Assembly: GCA_031376265.1 (NCBI GenBank)
Contig: JANMDK010000362.1
Span: 1 to 63,937 of the forward strand
Reading direction: 5' to 3'
Origin: Pseudomonadota bacterium
Lineage (GTDB): Bacteria; Pseudomonadota; Gammaproteobacteria; Burkholderiales; SG8-39
Length of the DNA: 63,937 bases
The position numbers and the translations under genes were made by a program. Shown here one piece after another: positions 62,855 to 63,937 of this stretch. Positions within the stretch are counted from its first letter, which is position 1. Each line of letters starts with the position of its first letter. The notes beneath the pieces were generated by a model. The model had not been told where the DNA came from and did not search any database. It saw only the letters and a list, made by a program, of their open reading frames with translations.

Positions 62855-63072
62855 TTCGCTCTCCCGACCACTTCGCGGCTCGCGATCCAGGCCGCTATTT
62901 CGCTCTGGAGCCAGCCGACCGACCTGAGCCCAATTTTTCTTCTGGCCGGAAACTGCTTGGCCTTTTCAGCGCGCCACGCTTGGGTCCTGCTTAGGGTCGT
63001 TACGGATTTGACCCGGGGCCAGCGTAGGATTGCATCGTTGATTGCGTCGGGGATTGCATCGGAGTTGTTCAT
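62851..63072 (-). CDS. alpA: AlpA-family phage/island regulatory protein (excisionase-like HTH)
   Basis: 73 aa: LRWPRVKSVTTLSRTQAWRAEKAKQFPARRKIGLRSVGWLQSEIAAWI. Confidence 0.8.
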   Translation of the reverse strand: MNNSDAIPDAINDAILRWPRVKSVTTLSRTQAWRAEKAKQFPARRKIGLRSVGWLQSEIAAWIASREVVGRAK

Positions 63073-63082
63073 CTCATTCCCT

Positions 63083-63166
63083 ATGTAAAGTTGACGCTTT
63101 ACATTGTCAGGAAGAGGTCGACCTACGTCCGTGTCAACTCAAGTTCTTTTAGCGATAGTTGACACG
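63083..63166. promoter_or_regulatory. Cluster of palindromes / GTTGAC(A/G)C sites upstream of alpA
   Basis: ATGTAAAG-ttgacg-CTTTACAT at 63083-63104. CGTGTCAAC (63130-63138) and GTTGACACG (63158-63166) form a 9-bp inverted repeat. A third GTTGACGC lies at 63090-63097. Confidence 0.55.
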
Positions 63167-63178
63167 AATTGCAGCCGT

Positions 63179-63937
63179 TTATAGCGGCGTTCCGCGGTGG
63201 CGAAGGAACTGCTTAACGGAATCCGAGGGAATCGGCGGCGTGAGTTTTAATGCAGAGGACACGAGCGTGGCGATTGCCGCGTGTATGCCACGCCCCTTGG
63301 CTAGATTCTCGCGATGTTGCTTCGTGGCGGCGTCGCGAACTTTGAGCGATCGTTTATCCAACACTGAATGTAATTCGAAGATATGCCACCTCGGACGTAG
63401 CGGATCTATTTGCCCAAATTCTTGCAAGGCCCTCGTAGCTAGTGCCTGGACACAAAATTGCTCGCGCGCTTTATTGTGACCTGGCAATTTAGGGGGTGCT
63501 GGAAGCACGTTACTTGTAATCCAGTGGTTTCCGCTCGCCGCCCGCTCCTGAACAATTGATACCGCTTTCAATAAGAGATCGAACCTCCGATGGACCCGCG
63601 CTGCACTTAAGGTTTTCCTCTTATGGGTCTCGCCAAGGTAATACAGGACCAGTTCTGGGTGTTTCAGCATTCCGGCTCTGAAAGATTCAGTGCGCATCGC
63701 AAGGTCACGGGTTTCTGCGCGTGCAAATTCCCTCGGCCGATCTTTCCGTAAGTCCCATAGTTCCGGCAGGATGAAACTGTGGGCTAGAACTGCTCGAACG
63801 TCGTCCCCCTGTCTTTCCGGGTCGGAAAACTTAAGCAGTGCCTTGACTGCCTTCGGCATGTCAGGATGCTGAAGCATTCGCTTCCGACGCACACGTAGCT
63901 TATCGGTGTCGTCTTCACCTTCAGGCGCTCCAAGGTA
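63179..63937 (-). CDS. Hypothetical protein, C-terminal part (ORF open to the right window edge)
   Basis: The frame stays open upstream of the GTG at 63892 (YLGAPEGEDDTDKLRVRRKRMLQ...). It sits where an integrase might be expected, but I cannot find the R/HxxR/Y catalytic pattern. Confidence 0.4.
   Translation of the reverse strand, partial: YLGAPEGEDDTDKLRVRRKRMLQHPDMPKAVKALLKFSDPERQGDDVRAVLAHSFILPELWDLRKDRPREFARAETRDLAMRTESFRAGMLKHPELVLYYLGETHKRKTLSAARVHRRFDLLLKAVSIVQERAASGNHWITSNVLPAPPKLPGHNKAREQFCVQALATRALQEFGQIDPLRPRWHIFELHSVLDKRSLKVRDAATKQHRENLAKGRGIHAAIATLVSSALKLTPPIPSDSVKQFLRHRGTPL

Noticed and set aside
63179-63937. Calling the right-edge ORF a tyrosine integrase because it precedes alpA.
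   Set aside because: I found no R...HxxR...Y catalytic arrangement in the visible 252 residues. I left it as hypothetical.

Overview
This 63.9-kb high-GC proteobacterial window falls into two parts. The gene order looks betaproteobacterial or Burkholderiales-like, which is an inference from synteny only.

Positions 1-31.3 kb are conserved chromosomal housekeeping genes:
- a partial ABC ATPase at the left edge
- the mlaFEDACB lipid-asymmetry cluster
- a YadGH-like ABC-2 exporter
- ibaG and murA
- a complete hisGDCBHAFIE operon and a HIT protein
- tatABC
- a decayed alpha/beta-hydrolase relic
- a Liv-type ABC importer on the minus strand
- a DegS/AlgW-like protease
- petABC (cytochrome bc1) and sspAB
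- a divergent cysB-like regulator, then sulfite reductase, a DUF934 protein, a collapsed cysN relic and cobA
- dsbB

A tRNA-Thr(UGU) at 31319-31394 marks the start of an accessory island of more than 32 kb. The island is mosaic, visibly more AT-rich in places, and runs off the right edge. It carries:
- a HEPN-like two-gene cassette
- a HipA-like kinase overlapping a DUF3037 gene
- a DNA-ligase fragment
- ICE and prophage leftovers: a secreted SNase, SSB, a PcfJ-like protein, ArdC, RadC, a YqaJ exonuclease with a Rad52-like annealase, an XRE repressor and a second IHF-beta
- a J-domain membrane protein operon
- an orphan ABC substrate-binding gene
- an AlpA / AEP-primase / helicase replication module

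The main candidate system is a tightly coupled four-gene operon at 39664-50275. It encodes an SNF2-type helicase with a C-terminal PD-(D/E)xK (DUF3883-like) domain, a small Rx4H HEPN protein, a DUF1156-type DPPY methyltransferase, and a BrxC-like DUF499 ATPase with an N-terminal HEPN domain. It looks like a hybrid DNA-modification/restriction plus RNase defence system. It does not fit BREX, DISARM or classical type I-III R-M. I found no CRISPR arrays, rRNA genes or transposases.
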